A stretch of DNA of 64,000 nt from positions 13,209 to 77,208 of the forward strand of contig DATMAG010000113.1 in assembly GCA_035560235.1 (NCBI GenBank), in the 5' to 3' direction. This DNA is from Blastocatellia bacterium. GTDB lineage: Bacteria > Acidobacteriota > Blastocatellia > RBC074. Below are positions 62,319 to 64,000 of this stretch, one piece after another. Each line of letters begins with the position of its first letter. Positions within the stretch are counted from its first letter, which is position 1. The notes under the pieces are model-generated. The model saw only the letters and a list, made by a program, of their open reading frames with translations. It was not told where the DNA came from and ran no database searches. Both the position numbers and the translations under genes were made by a program.

Positions 62319-64000
62319 ATGGAATACCAGACACGACTGATTCTCCTGCTGGCGACGGCACTGCTGTCAGCCACGATCATCCTCGGAGCCACTGAACCGC
62401 CCGCTGCGGCCAGTCCGCAAACTGATCTGCGCCTGTTGTGCGACGTCTGGAGCACTGAAAACGGCCTGCCGCAGAACACCATTCAGGCTGTCCTGCAAAC
62501 GCGCGATGGCTACCTGTGGATCAGCACCCAGGAAGGACTGGTGCGGTACGACGGCCTGCGCTTCACCGTCTTCGACACCAGGAACACAAAGGAGATGCGG
62601 CACAACAACGTCTCGGGACTCTTCGAGGGCCGGGACGGTCGGCTGTGGACAGCCTCGAGCGGCGGGCTGCTCTGTTACGACAAGGGGAAGTTCACGAGTT
62701 ACACCACGCGGGACGGGTTGTCGAGCGATGTCATCGAAACCGTGCTTGAGGACAGAGAGGGCAATCTCTGGATCGGCACTTCCGGTGGCGGACTGAATCG
62801 TTTCCGCGGCGGCAGGTTCACGCGCTTCACGGCCAGGGACGGGTTCACGAGCAATCAGGTCTGGAAGCTGCTGGAAGATCACGAGGGCAGCATCTGGATC
62901 GGCACCGAGAACGGCCTGTGCCGCTTCCGCGACGGGCAGTTCCACTTCTACACCACGCGGGACGGACTCGCGCACAATTATATCTATGCACTCTGTGAGA
63001 CCCGTGATCACAGCCTCTGGATCGGCACCCGGAATGGCCTGACGCGGCTGAAGGACGGGGTATTGACGACCCTGAGCGAGAAGGACGGACTGACTCACAA
63101 AACCATCCGGGCGCTGTTTGAGGATCAGGCGGGCGCGCTCTGGATCGGGACCGAAGGCGGCGGAGTCCTGCGTTACAGTGAGGGCAGATTTTCAGGCTTC
63201 ACCAGGCGTAACGGGCTTTCGGACAACACCGTGCAGTGTCTGACGCAGGATCGTGAAGGCAGTCTCTGGATCGGCACGAGCATCGGCGGGCTGAATCGTT
63301 TGCGGCAGGGAAACTTCTTCTCCTGGAGCACGCGCGAGGGGCTGCCGAACGATTTCATCCGCGTGGTTTATGAAGGGCGCGACGGCAGCCTCTGGATCGG
63401 TTCAATGGGCGGCGGGCTGTCGCGGATCAGGAACGGAAAGATCACCTCGTGGACGACGAAGGACGGATTGCCGGGCGATTCAGTGCGGGCGCTGTTTGAG
63501 GACAGCAAAGGCGCGCTCTGGATCGGCACGGATGTCGGATTGTCGCGCTTCAGCAACGGGCGTTTCACGAACTGGTCAGTCAGGGACGGGCTGTCACACG
63601 ACGCCGTGCGGGCAATTTATGAAGACCACACCGGCGCGCTCTGGATCGGGACTCGCGGCGGCGGGATAGATATTTTCAGGGATGGCCGGTTCTCGGTTCT
63701 CAGACGAGAAGGCTTTCAGACGGCGCTCATTCGTGTGATCTACGAGGACAGCAAAGGCCGCGTCTGGATCGGCGGCGACAGCGGGCTGACGCTCTGGCAG
63801 GATGGCCGCGCGAGAACCTGGACGACGAGAGACGGACTGTCAAACAACATGGTCTTCGACATTCACGAGGATCGCAGCGGCACGCTCTGGGCAGGGACCT
63901 ACGGCGGCGGGCTGAATCGTTTCAAGGATGGACGCTTCACACCCATCACGGTCAGAAACGGACTCTTCGATAACATCATCTACCGGGTGCTCGAGGATGA
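62319..64000 (+). CDS. two-component-regulator propeller (Y_Y_Y-type) sensor protein, N-terminal part (continues past the right edge)
   Basis: ATG 62319 gives MEYQTRLILLLATALLSATIILG (signal/TM). At least 12 repeats of the ..DGL..N.V.A..ED..G.LWIGT.GGL.R.. blade motif follow. It is absent from the ORF track because there is no stop in the window. Confidence 0.75.
   Translation, partial: MEYQTRLILLLATALLSATIILGATEPPAAASPQTDLRLLCDVWSTENGLPQNTIQAVLQTRDGYLWISTQEGLVRYDGLRFTVFDTRNTKEMRHNNVSGLFEGRDGRLWTASSGGLLCYDKGKFTSYTTRDGLSSDVIETVLEDREGNLWIGTSGGGLNRFRGGRFTRFTARDGFTSNQVWKLLEDHEGSIWIGTENGLCRFRDGQFHFYTTRDGLAHNYIYALCETRDHSLWIGTRNGLTRLKDGVLTTLSEKDGLTHKTIRALFEDQAGALWIGTEGGGVLRYSEGRFSGFTRRNGLSDNTVQCLTQDREGSLWIGTSIGGLNRLRQGNFFSWSTREGLPNDFIRVVYEGRDGSLWIGSMGGGLSRIRNGKITSWTTKDGLPGDSVRALFEDSKGALWIGTDVGLSRFSNGRFTNWSVRDGLSHDAVRAIYEDHTGALWIGTRGGGIDIFRDGRFSVLRREGFQTALIRVIYEDSKGRVWIGGDSGLTLWQDGRARTWTTRDGLSNNMVFDIHEDRSGTLWAGTYGGGLNRFKDGRFTPITVRNGLFDNIIYRVLED

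Noticed and set aside
62367-63098. 243-aa minus-strand ORF opposite the propeller-sensor gene. Similar long antisense ORFs occur at 40254-41696 (+), 54620-55537 (+), 8401-9123 (-), 5502-6185 (-), 59507-60451 (-) and 1947-2561 (-).
   Set aside because: These are typical shadow ORFs of high-GC DNA. They are Arg/Ala/Pro/Gly-rich low-complexity translations, and each lies fully inside a gene with strong family signatures on the other strand.

Overview
This is a 64-kb, high-GC (roughly 60%) chromosomal segment. It most likely comes from an Acidobacteriota-type genome. That placement is an inference from three things: a 1331-aa TonB-dependent receptor with a carboxypeptidase-regulatory-like N-terminus, two large secreted proteins ending in the Solibacter-type C-terminal domain, and a Y_Y_Y propeller sensor. 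I can support about 50 CDS and one tRNA-Thr(CGU). There is no rRNA, CRISPR array, transposase or integrase.

The housekeeping content falls into these groups:
- Translation and RNA: hflX (partial) and a TrmH-family methylase.
- Cell envelope: an FHA(FhaA-like)-PBP2-S41 protease cluster, a GH2 glycosidase, a TolC-like protein and a Zn-metalloprotease.
- Metabolism: speA plus a deoxyhypusine-synthase-like gene, and an argC-argB-(GGCT)-(GNAT)-argJ cluster.
- Other: xth, an ATP-grasp enzyme, a Ca2+/H+ antiporter, a Ser/Thr kinase plus GNAT, and a multi-PAS histidine kinase.

The strongest candidate for a novel system is a low-GC (about 40-45% by hand count) two-gene cassette at 23495-25378. It encodes an ABC-type AAA_15/21-like ATPase (420 aa) followed 6 nt later by a DUF4276-like, Toprim-like 204-aa protein. 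The cassette sits exactly between the two co-oriented halves of a heterodimeric ABC exporter operon. Its architecture mirrors split OLD/PARIS/AbiL-type ATPase-plus-Toprim anti-phage systems, but this particular pair is, to my knowledge, experimentally uncharacterised.

Other accessory features:
- Two low-GC VapBC-type toxin-antitoxin loci. One has a frameshifted toxin; the other is extended by two coupled small ORFs.
- A secreted protein with two about 250-aa tandem copies of an unrecognised Cys-capped domain.
- A CHRDx2-IPT protein.
- A set of unusually long intergenic hairpins, two of which share a 17-nt arm motif.

All calls come from reading the sequence and translations and from remembered family signatures. 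No database search was run.
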